Shown here one piece after another: positions 21,258 to 32,396 of a stretch of 41,151 nucleotides of DNA; within the stretch, counting starts at the first letter, position 1; each line of letters begins with the position of its first letter. The position numbers and the translations under genes were made by a program. The notes under the pieces were generated by a model that saw only the letters and a program-made list of their open reading frames with translations, was not told the DNA's origin and searched no databases. The DNA is from Jimgerdemannia flammicorona (Eukaryota), in the NCBI GenBank assembly GCA_003990765.1, contig RBNJ01000113.1, forward strand, positions 1 to 41,151, written 5' to 3'.

Positions 21258-23300
21258 AAAGCAACCCTCTTACAACTTGGTAACAGTGATTTACAATCCA
21301 ATTCCACTTCAAGACACTTCCTCACCCTGCTACAAACCCTTCTGAGAATTCCTACAAGTTGGTATAAAGCCCAACCTCTGAACTGGAATTTATCCAAACC
21401 ATCTGACAATCTGGAGAGAATTGAACCTGATATACAAGGACAAATTGACCTCCACACCTGCAACAAGTGGGATAAACTTCATTCAAAGAAAGAAGTACTC
21501 CGGTTAAACCAGCAAATAGGCAAAACCCTATTCACCGAACTCCTTGCACTACACCCAGCAAGTCAAGACAAAGAAGGTCTTATTGAAGCCTTCTTTACTC
21601 TTCTCAACAAGAGTTTTGTCAGCTCCACAAATCCGAGCGACCTAGGACAACTAGCAGCAGTCTTTCTAGCCTTAGTTCCTCATGAAGCCCAAGCCTCTGT
21701 AGCCAAGTGACTCAACTTTACTGACTTTCACCATACTAGGACCAAAACTGCATTATACTATCGATTCCAGAATAGCAAGGCCCACCATATTCTTAAAGAA
21801 GAAGCAAGAGAAACCCTTCATCAACTACCTGACCCCAAACCTAAAGCAGGCCCTGCTACAGCCCTACCTGAATCTGAAACCAATACCGAACCTGAACTTG
21901 ACTTTGAATTAAGTCCATCTGAAATCAGATATATAACTGATTCTGTCTACTTTAATGCTGAGCAAACCCAATTACATGGGGACCAAACCAAGGAGGAGGA
22001 GGAGTATCTCACTGAATTCGATCCCAGATACACCACCGAAGGAGACACACTCCCATCAGGACAGAATACACCTACACAACAACAAACAGCTATCTATCAA
22101 GCCCTTACTCCAGATCTACAACTACTACTCCAGCAACTTATACAGACCTGAAGAACCCCATCACACTCTGCACCAGTACCTCAAGTAGTACCAGTAACAC
22201 CACTACCAGCAGTCCAACTGCCTCCAGCAAACAACATGGCACACCAACAGATTCTTGATCTCACAGCCCAAGTAGCTATAATGGCAGCAACCATTACTAC
22301 CTTAGCTGAACAGACCCAACCTACTAAAAATCTGAGCCTACCTACCTTCAATGGTACTGCACAAGAAGTCCAAAGCTTTATTAGTATAGTTGACACCAAC
22401 TTCGAAGCCAATCAATGGACCAATGAGTGAGTTGCTGACCACATTCTGACAAACAATCAAGATCACACCCTGGAACAACTCTTTGCTACTACTACAGCCT
22501 ATGTCCACCGAGTTGTTACATTCTTCTGAGGACCTGCTGAAGAATGGTGGTGAACCCTTTCTGAAAAACCCCTTACATGAGATACCTGACCTGCAGTAGT
22601 TGCTCAGAATGCAGCAAACAATGCCCCAGGATATAGAGCCCATCCTGCAGCCCCTAGACTCAAACAACTCATGATTGCTCAATACTGCAGTGAAATCATG
22701 ATTGCCGAATCTCGAGTAAAACTCCGCAACCTCAAATTTGATATACATGATAAAGAAGAATTTGAAACCTTCTGTATAAAACTTGAGTCACTCCTGAACA
22801 CTGTTGGCCTAGGATATATCGCCAATGATGAAGCATGAAATGGTACAAGAGCAGACCATTTATTCAATGCCCTGTCTGAATAGCTTACTAGAAAAATCCG
22901 AGAACAAGGCCGCCTAGTTGGTTGTGACCACCAACAATGGTGCCTGGCAAGAATCAAGACTATGGTCAAGCGAATCCTAACAGCTGGACCAATTCTGCCC
23001 CAAAGACAATTCAACAACAAGGAAAAGACTTGGACCAAGAAAGAAGAACCCAAGCATGAAGCATCCTGAGCTCCCTCCACATCTACCTCTTGGACACCTA
23101 GAAATCACAAACCCACCCAGCCAAGTACCTTCAATAAACTTACTGAGGGTGAAAGAAATGAACTTCGAAGAAGCGGAGCATACTTCTATTGCCGAAAGAC
23201 AGGACACATGGCCAGTGCCTGCCCTAACCAAAAACCCCAAACAGTAACAAGAGCAACTGTTATCACTCTGCACCACCTCAACAACCTGACCACCAGAACA
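21258..23300 (+). pseudogene. gypsy gag with long in-frame N-terminal extension
   Basis: The frame runs from the LTR edge to ATG 22236 with only two TGA stops. LPTFNGTAQEVQSFI follows, and the knuckle (C>Y)FYCRKTGHMASAC is at 23181. Confidence 0.78.
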
Positions 23301-23710
23301 CTGGACTTTGTCAAGTTAAGACAAACTACTAAGGCCCCAACCAAAGGAAGTCAGAAAGCAGCTGGATATGACCTATATGCAGCCAAAGAAGCTACAGTTT
23401 CTAACTGAGAAGTCAAACAAGTCTACACAGGAATCAGCATCCAAATCCCTGAAGGATATGTTGGAAGAATATGCTGTCGCAGCAGCCTAGCATTAAAAGG
23501 ACTCTCAGTAGAAGGAGGAGTCACTGATGAGGATTATACAGGTGAAATTATTGTTCTCATCTGAAACTACAGTTGGACACCCTTCAAGATCCCTATTGGT
23601 TTTGGCATTGCCCAGATCCTATTCGAAAAAATCGAGTCAACCCTGACAGTCAAGGAAGTCCCTGAACTACTGCCCACCCTCCAAGGATCCAAAGGATTTG
23701 GCTCATCAAA
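23301..23710 (+). pseudogene. dUTPase domain, in frame with gag
   Basis: All five trimeric dUTPase motifs are recognisable: AGYDL, RSSLA, GVTDEDYTGEI, IAQIL, (R>Q)GSKGFGSS. Confidence 0.92.
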
Positions 23711-23929
23711 CAAGGCCCCAGCCCAACCTACCATGAGCAAAGAAGAACAATTCTACAAGAATATTGAAGATGGATATGTACCAAGTGGCCAATGCTCTCA
23801 TGGTATTGGAATGTACTCTTCCCAAATGATTAATGATTGCTTCTCTTATGTCAATGAACTGGCACAAGAAGAGCTAATAGAAGAAAAGCTCCTACAACTG
23901 AAATCACCACTATTGGATCAGACAAACTG

Positions 23930-26900
23930 CTCACACTTAAGGCTTTTGTTAACTGAGCACCTGTCAAGATTATGATAGACAGTAGTACCTCAGGCAACTT
24001 CATCAATGAAGAAACAGCCAACAGACTTAAGATCTTCACCTCTCCGGTACAACAAACTCAAGCAGTTGCTACAGCTGATGGAACCTCACATGTTATTAGC
24101 AAAGAAGTCTGCAATCTACCCTTCCAAATTGGTGACTACCAAGTACATGTTACCCTCCAAATCATACCACTTCCTGACAATGAAATCATCCTTGGGACTC
24201 TATGGTTAAAACAAGAGAACCTTATGATCGATTGGGTAAACTATTCTCTGACCATCAAGAAAGGATGCCACAACTTCAAACTGTAAGGCGAAAAGGACCC
24301 ACTTAATTCTGGTGACCCTGGACCAAAGATCACCCACATCAATAAGCTACAACTTAAGAAATTGGCCAAGAAATGCCCTCTCTTCGCCATCTCCATCTGC
24401 CCATCCAAAGGAGAACCTGAGAACTCTGAAGATGATTTTTCCAAAGTTGACAGCCATGTCAGACCACTACTCCAGAAATTTCAAGACATATTCCCAAAGA
24501 AACTTCCAAAAGGCCTATCTCCTAAACGAGCAGTAGACCATGCCATTAAGACTATCCCAGATGCCAAACCAGCCTTCAAGTCAATCTACCACATATCTCC
24601 AAGAGAAATCGATGTTCTCAAGAAAGAAATTGATGAACTCCTAGAACAAGGGTTCATCAGACCCAGTGTATCACTCTATAGTGCACCAGTCCTCTTTATT
24701 GTCAAAAAAGGAGGAGACCTGCGAATGTGCATTGACTACTGCGATCTCAATGAACAGACCATCAAGAACTGTTGCCCACTACCAAGGATTGATGAAATAT
24801 TCGATAGGCTCACCAACCTGCAATTCATGAGCTCCTTTGATCTGCAAAATAGTTACTGGCAAATTGCCATGAAAGAAGAAGATATCTACAAGACAGCCTT
24901 CTGAACTTGCTATGGATACTTTGAGTTCCTGGTTATGCCCTTTAGCTTAACTAATGCTCCAGCAACCTTCCAGACACTGATGAATACCATTCTGCATCCA
25001 TACCTGGACAAATTCGTTGTTGTCTACATTGACGACATCCTAGTCTTCAGCAAAACCCTGGAAGAACATCTTGAACACCTTGAACTAGTACTACTGAAAC
25101 TCTGAGAAAACTGACTCTTTGCAAAACTCAGCAAATTTCTCCTGAAAGAAATCCAATTCCTTAGACACATTGTCATGCCAAATAGAATTAAGGTGGACCC
25201 CAGCAAAATCTCCGCAATCAAGGATTGGCCCAGACCCAAGAAGCTGAAAGACCTCCAGTCATTCCTGAGATTAGCAAACTATTACAGGCAATTTGTTGCC
25301 AACTTTGCTAAAATCACTACCACCCTCACCCAAATGACCAAGCATAACAAGAAACAAGAACAACCCTGGACCATAAAATAAGAGAAAGACTTCAACAATC
25401 TTGTAACTTGGAGACCTGAGCAAGATACCACCTTTCAAGCACTAAAGGATGCCCTGATAACCACTCCAGTACTTCAAGCAGCAAACTCTGCACTACTATA
25501 CGAAGTTACCACTGATGCCTCTGACCTAGCCCTTGAAGCAGTACTCATGCAAGAAGGACACCTTGTGGCCTATCACTCCCACAAGTTCAATGATGCCAAA
25601 ATCAACTACACAACTCACGAGAAGGAAATGCTAGCCATCATAGACACTCTGATCAAATGGTGACTATATCTAGAAGAAGCACACTTCACCATATTGACTG
25701 ACCACAAATCATTAGTCAATATCAAGACACAGGCTACCCTTTCTCGAAAGCAAGCCAGATGGATGAAAGTCCTCACCAACTTTGACTATGAAATCCAGTA
25801 CCACTCTGGTAAGGAAAATATTGTTGCCAATGCAATCTCCAGACTACTAATCGAAGAGGTTATCCAAACTCTCACCTTGATTACAAACTCCATCATAGAA
25901 TAAATTATCACAGCATGTGCTGATGATAAGAAAGCTCAAGCACTGCAAGAAATCCTGAATAGTGATGATGCCAACAAGCATACACAGTATCATCAATACC
26001 AACTGAAGGACAATGCTATCTACTATAAAGACAGACTATATGTCCCAAACAACTGAGACCTCCAAAGGACTATCCTATTCAAATGTCATGATGCCCCTAC
26101 AGCTGGACATTTAGGATTTGATAAATGTTATGAAGTTATCTCCCGAAACTTCTATTGGCCCCACATGGCAGATCAGCTCAAAACCTATATTACTTCCTGT
26201 GATGCCTGCCAATGAAATAAGTCCTCAACACTAGCAAAACCCAGCTTACTTCACCCTATCCCAGTACCATCTGCTAATTGGGAACAAATCTCTATGGACT
26301 TCATTGTACAACTACCCCGAACCAAGAATGGGAAAGATGCAATTATTGTCTTTGTGGACTATCTCAGCAAACAAGCCTACTTTGTGCCTACTACCACTAC
26401 TGCAACAGCACCAGACATAGCCACACTCTTGTTTGACAATATCTTCCACTATTATGGTCTTCCTAAGATCATTGTTAGTGACCGAGACCCGAAATTTACC
26501 AGCCATTTTTGGAAAGCCCTCCATGCACACCTTGGAACAAAACTTGTACTATTCACAGCCTTTCACCCAGAAACTGATAGCCAAACTGAAAGAATGAACC
26601 GAACTCTGGAACAAATGCTAAGGAACTATGTTTCCTACAGACAAGATAACTGGCATGAACACCTTACTGCAGTCGAGTTTGCTTATAACAACAGCAAGCA
26701 AGCCTCTCTTAGAATAACTCCATTCTTTGCTAATACTGGACAAAACCCAAACACCCCTTTAACACTTATCCGAACAACTAAAGAACCCTCTACAGTTGAA
26801 GCTGTTGAAGAATTCTTACTTCAAATGTGCAACCTAAGCCAGATTGCCATCAAGAATTTATCACGAGCTCAAGAACAACAGTTACAGTATGTTAACCAAC

Positions 26901-27361
26901 ACCACTGAGAAGAAACCTTTGATATTGGAGAAAAAGTTCTACTGGACATCAGAGGATACCGAGTTGACAACCTCAAGCACAGACCATTTACAAAGCTGAA
27001 CAGCAAGTTTATTAGACCATTTGAAGTCATTGCACAAGTCTCTCCAACCTCCTACAAATTGGTGCTACCAGACAACATTAAGATTCACCCAGTCTTTAAT
27101 ATTCAACATCTCAAGCGATACAATGAGAATGATGATGAGCTATTTCCAAACCAGACTACCAAACCACCTGCACCTGTCATCATTAATGATCAAGAAGAGT
27201 ATGAAGTTGAACAAATCCTCAATAAATATGGCAACAAGAGCCACCCTGAGTACCTTGTCAAATGGAAAGGTTACCCGATCCATGATACAACCTGGAAACC
27301 CAAGACCAATCTTCAGAATACTACTGACCTAATTCAGGAATATGATTCCTTGAACAACTAG
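23930..27361 (+). pseudogene. gypsy pol: protease, RT, RNase H, integrase, chromodomain
   Basis: MIDSSTSGNFI, LRMCIDY, YIDD (~25025), TDAS, TDHKSL, HDAPTAGH/CDAC, MDFIVQLP, IVSDRD, HPETDSQTER, and chromodomain EYEVEQIL...YLVKWKGY...TWKP. Confidence 0.95.
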
Positions 27362-27563
27362 AACCAAATACTCTGCATCTATCCATACATACTATATATT
27401 ATCCTCTCAAACATTATAATTATTGCAAACCAAACCAAGAACTCAGCAAAAATACTGACCCTCTGGAAAAATGGCAGAACTGAAGGCAAGCCTATTCTCC
27501 CTGTATCACTGAATAAAATTAGAAGGCTCTGACAAGGACATTGAAAGCTAAGAAGGGGAGAGT

Positions 27564-29627
27564 TGTAAGCGCACAACCTCCAAGCCACCAAATTACATGT
27601 CACCCTCTGAACAAGCCACTGAAATCACATATGATCTCTGAACAAATCTGGAAATCACCTGCTTGATCATGAAGCTGAGTCAAACCGAAGTCACAGTGTA
27701 TAAAGCTGAGTCAAACTGAAGTCACAGTGTATAAAGCTGAGTCAAACCGAAGTCACAGAACACAAGATTTACACAAGTGGAATCTTACCAATCAGAATCA
27801 AATGCATATATACTGAGCACTGAGATGCATTGAAACAGAGAACCAAAACAAACAACAACTACAACTGCCAAACACACAAATATGACTACCGAGATCTATA
27901 CTCATATCCATGCTGACATTTGGAATGCCATTGTCAATGAAGCCACACCCCCTCTTCCCCTCATGAATATCTATAGCCTAGCACCCCTCTACTTTGTGGA
28001 AGCCTGATGGAATGCTCTGAACATGCATAGCGAGACCCACCGAATCAGACAAATCTCAAGCTACTACCAGATCAGCCACCTCCTGGAAGATATGGTTGAA
28101 TACCACTATGATACAGACATTACCCAGATGTCCCAACACCAGAAGCTCATTGCCTACAAACATTGAGAACTCTTCTATGAGTATAGTACCATTATTCTCC
28201 ACCTCCAAGTTACCACCAGCGAAATGGTCACTATCCTGTCCTATAGCCAAATCGATGACATGATACAAGAACTCAACCACAAGTACCTCGAGTATATTGA
28301 AACCACAGACAGAACCTTCCCACACCCCAATGATTATATCCTGCAAATGCCCCAAGTTGGATATGCCATAAAGGACATCTACGATATAATCCACTTTGAT
28401 GAAGATGAAGCAGAAGACAATGATCCCTCTGATGCCAACATGACCTCTAGCCAAGGATCTCTGCCAAACCTGATCACACTACCGACCTTGCCAATGAACT
28501 TACAACAATTCATAACAGTCTACAAGACTTATTAGGACAATGACCACTGGTACAAATACCAACCTGCATTCACCCCCAATTACTTCAACTACAATGAAGA
28601 GACTGGAGAACACAACCTGTACCTCCAGACAACCCTTGAGATTGAACCAACCACTCTACCACCTGAGTATGAGTGACATGAACCACAGCCACCAGCCTAC
28701 TACAACCCTGCAACTTATAGTGCTATAACCTATAGAAGGTATGTAGATAGTGAAACCAATGAAAGCGAAGACAATGCACCCCTCCTTTGCCCACCAACAC
28801 CTTATCCAGCATATGAGACAGACGATGTCATCTTGTGGGACAGAGACGAAGTTCCAATGTATTATTACCTCAGTGAACAAGGAGAAGTAATCTGCAAATT
28901 ACTTTTCCTAGACAACTACTTTATTAGAGATAATGCAATCAATGGTGATGTCATTGAGGACTACCTAGACAGTGCCTAAACCATAAATAGCCTAGCAGTC
29001 ATAGTATAGTTAGAGTAGCCTTGTACGATGTGACTGTAAACTAACTCAGCAGTCAGATGATCTCTTGACCTGTCACATCACACTTGTACTATATGACTGC
29101 ATTCTGACTCAGCAAAGCACCTAGTGCTACATCCATATTCAGCATAGTCCAGATAGCCCCTCACTAGTATAAATACTCCCTCCCCCAGACCTCAGAATCT
29201 GAGACTCGAACACACAAGAACATTCCTGAATACTTTCCCACAATATTCCTTCACACAACTACTCCTAGTATAGAAATATCATGAATAGTGAATAAACTAC
29301 TCAAATAACTCACAAATCACTCTTAAGTAAATCCACTCCTTGTTAGGTCCCACTCCTAACCCTGTTACGAAATTTCCTAATTGGGTATTATCTGCAGTGA
29401 TACATATGCCAATTCAACTAAGCTGGTCTTAGTTTCTTGAACTTCCTAAAATATGGAAAATCCGAACATCCAGAACTAGTCCGAAAAAGGGACTTTGGTT
29501 GAGACATCAACTCGAACTTGAAATCAATAAGCATAGAGAATGTACTCTATATGAAATTGATCTTGACCATAAGAAAATGGTCTTCCAGAACTATATAACG
29601 GTTACCCTAAAAAGCAACTCTCTTACA
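27564..29627 (+). repeat. gypsy 3' LTR (2064 bp)
   Basis: TGTAAGCGCAC...CTCTTACA; aligns to 19255-21274. Confidence 0.95.
27882..28979 (+). pseudogene. LTR-embedded ORF, ~365 aa unknown protein (3' LTR copy)
   Basis: ATG 27882 to TAA 28979 is 366 codons in one frame. The internal stops are TGA/TAG that are explicable as C>T or G>A changes. Confidence 0.75.
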
Positions 29628-29632
29628 GATTT

Positions 29633-32270
29633 GCTTTCTTCTGATGAGGTGGAGGATTGGAGGTTAGAGTGGGTGAAATTGGAGATGGTGAAGCTACAAC
29701 AGGTATTGAGAGAGGAGAAGAAGATTTGTATGAAAGGAATGGCTACCAGACTATGGTAGCAGGGGCTTGAGGAGGGAGAGCAGCCTACTAGGTACTTGTC
29801 TAGGCTCCTCTGAGCTAGGAGGGTGTGGCATTGATGAGATGGGGTCTTTAATACCAAAGGGAATATAGTGTATAGCATACAACAGATCTTGGAGGTACTG
29901 AAGGAGAGATGGTGGGGTCTGTGGAGTGAGGAGAAAGGGGGTACAGATGAAGAGGCAATTGGAGACATACTGGAGGAGTGGGAACCACTGTAAGTAGAGA
30001 GACTTAGTGACTTGATCATACCAGTCCAAGAGGAGGAGATCCAGAGAGTTCTTATAGCAACTAAGCTTAGGACAGTGCCAGGAGAGGATGGGTTATCTTG
30101 AGACTTCTGGAAGAAGATGGCAAGGGTCTCTGGAGTGTTAGGAGAGATGGCTGCCCTCTGTGACTATGTTCTTCTAAATGGCAAGTGGGTTGAAGAGTAG
30201 GACTTGGGGCTGGTAGCCTTATTGTATAAAGACAAGGGGAGGCAGGAGGACTGGAAGAACTGGAGGCTGATTATGCTTCTGGATATAGACAGGAAGATAG
30301 TGACTAAGGTGATTGTTGTGAGACTTTAGAAGGTTGCCCAACAGGTGCTAGGTGAGGAGCAGTGGGGCTTTATAGGAGGCAGACTTATCAGAGATGGGAC
30401 TGCCTGGGTGTATGACATTATTGAAGGGGTCCAGGCTTATAGACTAGATGGTAGACTGGTCTTTTTGAACTAAGAAAAGGCCTATGACCATATTCAGTAG
30501 GTATGGCTGAGTAAGGTGCTGGATATAATTGGTGTTCCCCTATGTTTTTGGGCTTCTATATTGAATCTGTTAGAGGGCAGTAGAGCAGTGCTGATATGTA
30601 ATAGTCACTGGGGGTTAGTATTTCCCTTGGGAAGAGGAGTTCCTCAGAGAGACCTGCTGTCTTCTATCTTTTATGCTCTTTCATTAAAACCTTTAATGAA
30701 TAGGATATGATAGAAGATGGCAGGGCTCTCTATATATGGTGTGATGTGGAAGATGGGGACCTTTGTGGATGATATAGTAGTTGGACTTAGATCAGTGGCA
30801 GATATTGAGGCACTTAAGGAGACAGTGGAATAGTATGAGGCATACTCTAGAGTGAAACTCAACTGACATAAGTGTGAGACAATGGTGTTAGGGAATGGGC
30901 TAGTAGGAGGGAATGTCATTGGAACAATTGTTCCTACAAGAGAGATAGTATGGTATCTAAGTATTTTCCTTTCTATATAGATCTGTCTTGCCATGGGTGT
31001 GGTGGGAGAGGAGGGTGGCCATTTGGGGGGAGGCTCTTAGAGATTGGGGGGGTCACCACATCTCTCTAGTAGAGTGGGTGTCAATTCTGAATATCTACTA
31101 GTTCCCCAAGCTATAGTATGTGGCCTATCACTTAGACTTCTCAGCTTGGGTGGTAAAGAGGCTGACAAAACTGGCTAGAGATTGGATTTGGGCAGAGAGG
31201 AGGTCCTAGATCAGTTGGGATACTCTGGCATTACTGATAGTTAGGGGAGAACTAGGCCTTGTGGATTTCCCTAAGCAACTACATTGCCTGCAAGCTTGGT
31301 AATTGAAAAGGGCTGTTGAACTACAGGGAGGAGATTGAGTACTGCTGATGCAGAAGGTGTGGAAGATGAGATTCTCTCCTCGAGGGTCTTTAGGATATTT
31401 GCTCTCTCTAGTAGATCTGAATGAAAGCCAATGGCTATAGTATAAGGGCTTCTGGTGGGGGGTGGTGGATAGAGCACACTGGATAGGCCTGCACTGGTGA
31501 GGCAATGAGGGAGAGGTGCTGTGGGGTCCAGCTATGTGGTGATGGGACAGACTGCTTCTGGGGAGTGTTCTATTTACTGAGTTTGATATTGGTGAGGGTG
31601 TGGAGTATCAGTAGAGACTTGGCCAGAATCTTTGGCCAAGTAGTTAGCAGACAGTAAGGATTAGCAAGAAGTGGGACTGAGTAGGAGTCTGGTTATGGAG
31701 TGCTGAAGTGCAGAAATGGCTTTCTCCCAAGTTCTGGGTAGTATGGTAGTAGATGCTATGGAGGAATATTATGTTGAATTTCCATGCTAGATATCTGGTA
31801 AATGGTGGCCAATTAGATTGTGAGGAGTGTTATAATATAGAGCAGGTTGGGGGATTTGTGCAAATGCCAGAACATTGGCTAGGAGAGTATAAGGTTCTGG
31901 GGGACTTTTGGGTAGTGGTAGGGACCTAGCTGGATGTAGCAAGGAGGCTGAATAGAGAGAGAGGTCACTGGGAGAATTTGAAATCTTGACTAGTGGGAGG
32001 TATTGGCAATGATTGGCTCACTGTAAGGTGGGTTTTAATAGTATGGGTAGGATTGGCTGGACATTAGCTCTTTGTTTTTGAGGAAGGGTGATAGATGAGT
32101 ATATAGGAGAAGTTATTAAGGTGGGAGGAGTTGTTGGGGGATCTGCTAACTGAGTGGTGGGTTGGTTGGGGTCCCCAGAGTGGGCAACATCACCATCTAG
32201 TGGAAGAGATCTATAAATAGAGTGGTGGGTGGGTGGAGATGGTGTTTGACAAAGTGGTCTTTCATTGAGA
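29633..32270 (+). pseudogene. LINE ORF2, RT and C-terminal part
   Basis: PGEDG (30078), LYKDKG..EDWKNWRLIMLLDIDRKI, QWGF, EKAYD, GVPQRDLLS, FVDD (~30762) and C-terminal CEEC (~31818). Confidence 0.85.
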
Positions 32271-32396
32271 GGAGTTGGGGGGGGAGAGCCCCCTAGGGAG
32301 ATTGGATAGGGGTGGGTACTATGTGTTATATAGAGGATAGACAGATGTATTAATAAAGAAAGGAGTCTGAGTGACTATAAAAAAAAAAAAAAAAAA

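Larger units (their letters stand above)
19255..21274 (+). repeat. gypsy 5' LTR (2020 bp)
   Basis: TGTAAGTGCAC...CTCTTACA; aligns to 27564-29627. Confidence 0.95.
19255..29627 (+). mobile_element. Ty3/gypsy chromovirus with dUTPase and ~2-kb ORF-bearing LTRs
   Basis: TG...CA LTRs, TSD GATTT (19250-19254 and 29628-29632), TGG-starting PBS at 21278, PPT AAGAAGGGGAGAG before 27564, and domain order gag-DUT-PR-RT-RH-IN-chromo. Confidence 0.96.
16140..32396 (+). mobile_element. Non-LTR retrotransposon, L1/Tx1-like, apparently full length, interrupted by gypsy
   Basis: Poly(A) at ~32379-32396. 14-bp TSD ATACAAATACACAT (16126-16139) / ATACAAACATATAT (32397-32410). The empty site is visible in hAT copy 2 at 40710-40723. 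Confidence 0.88.
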
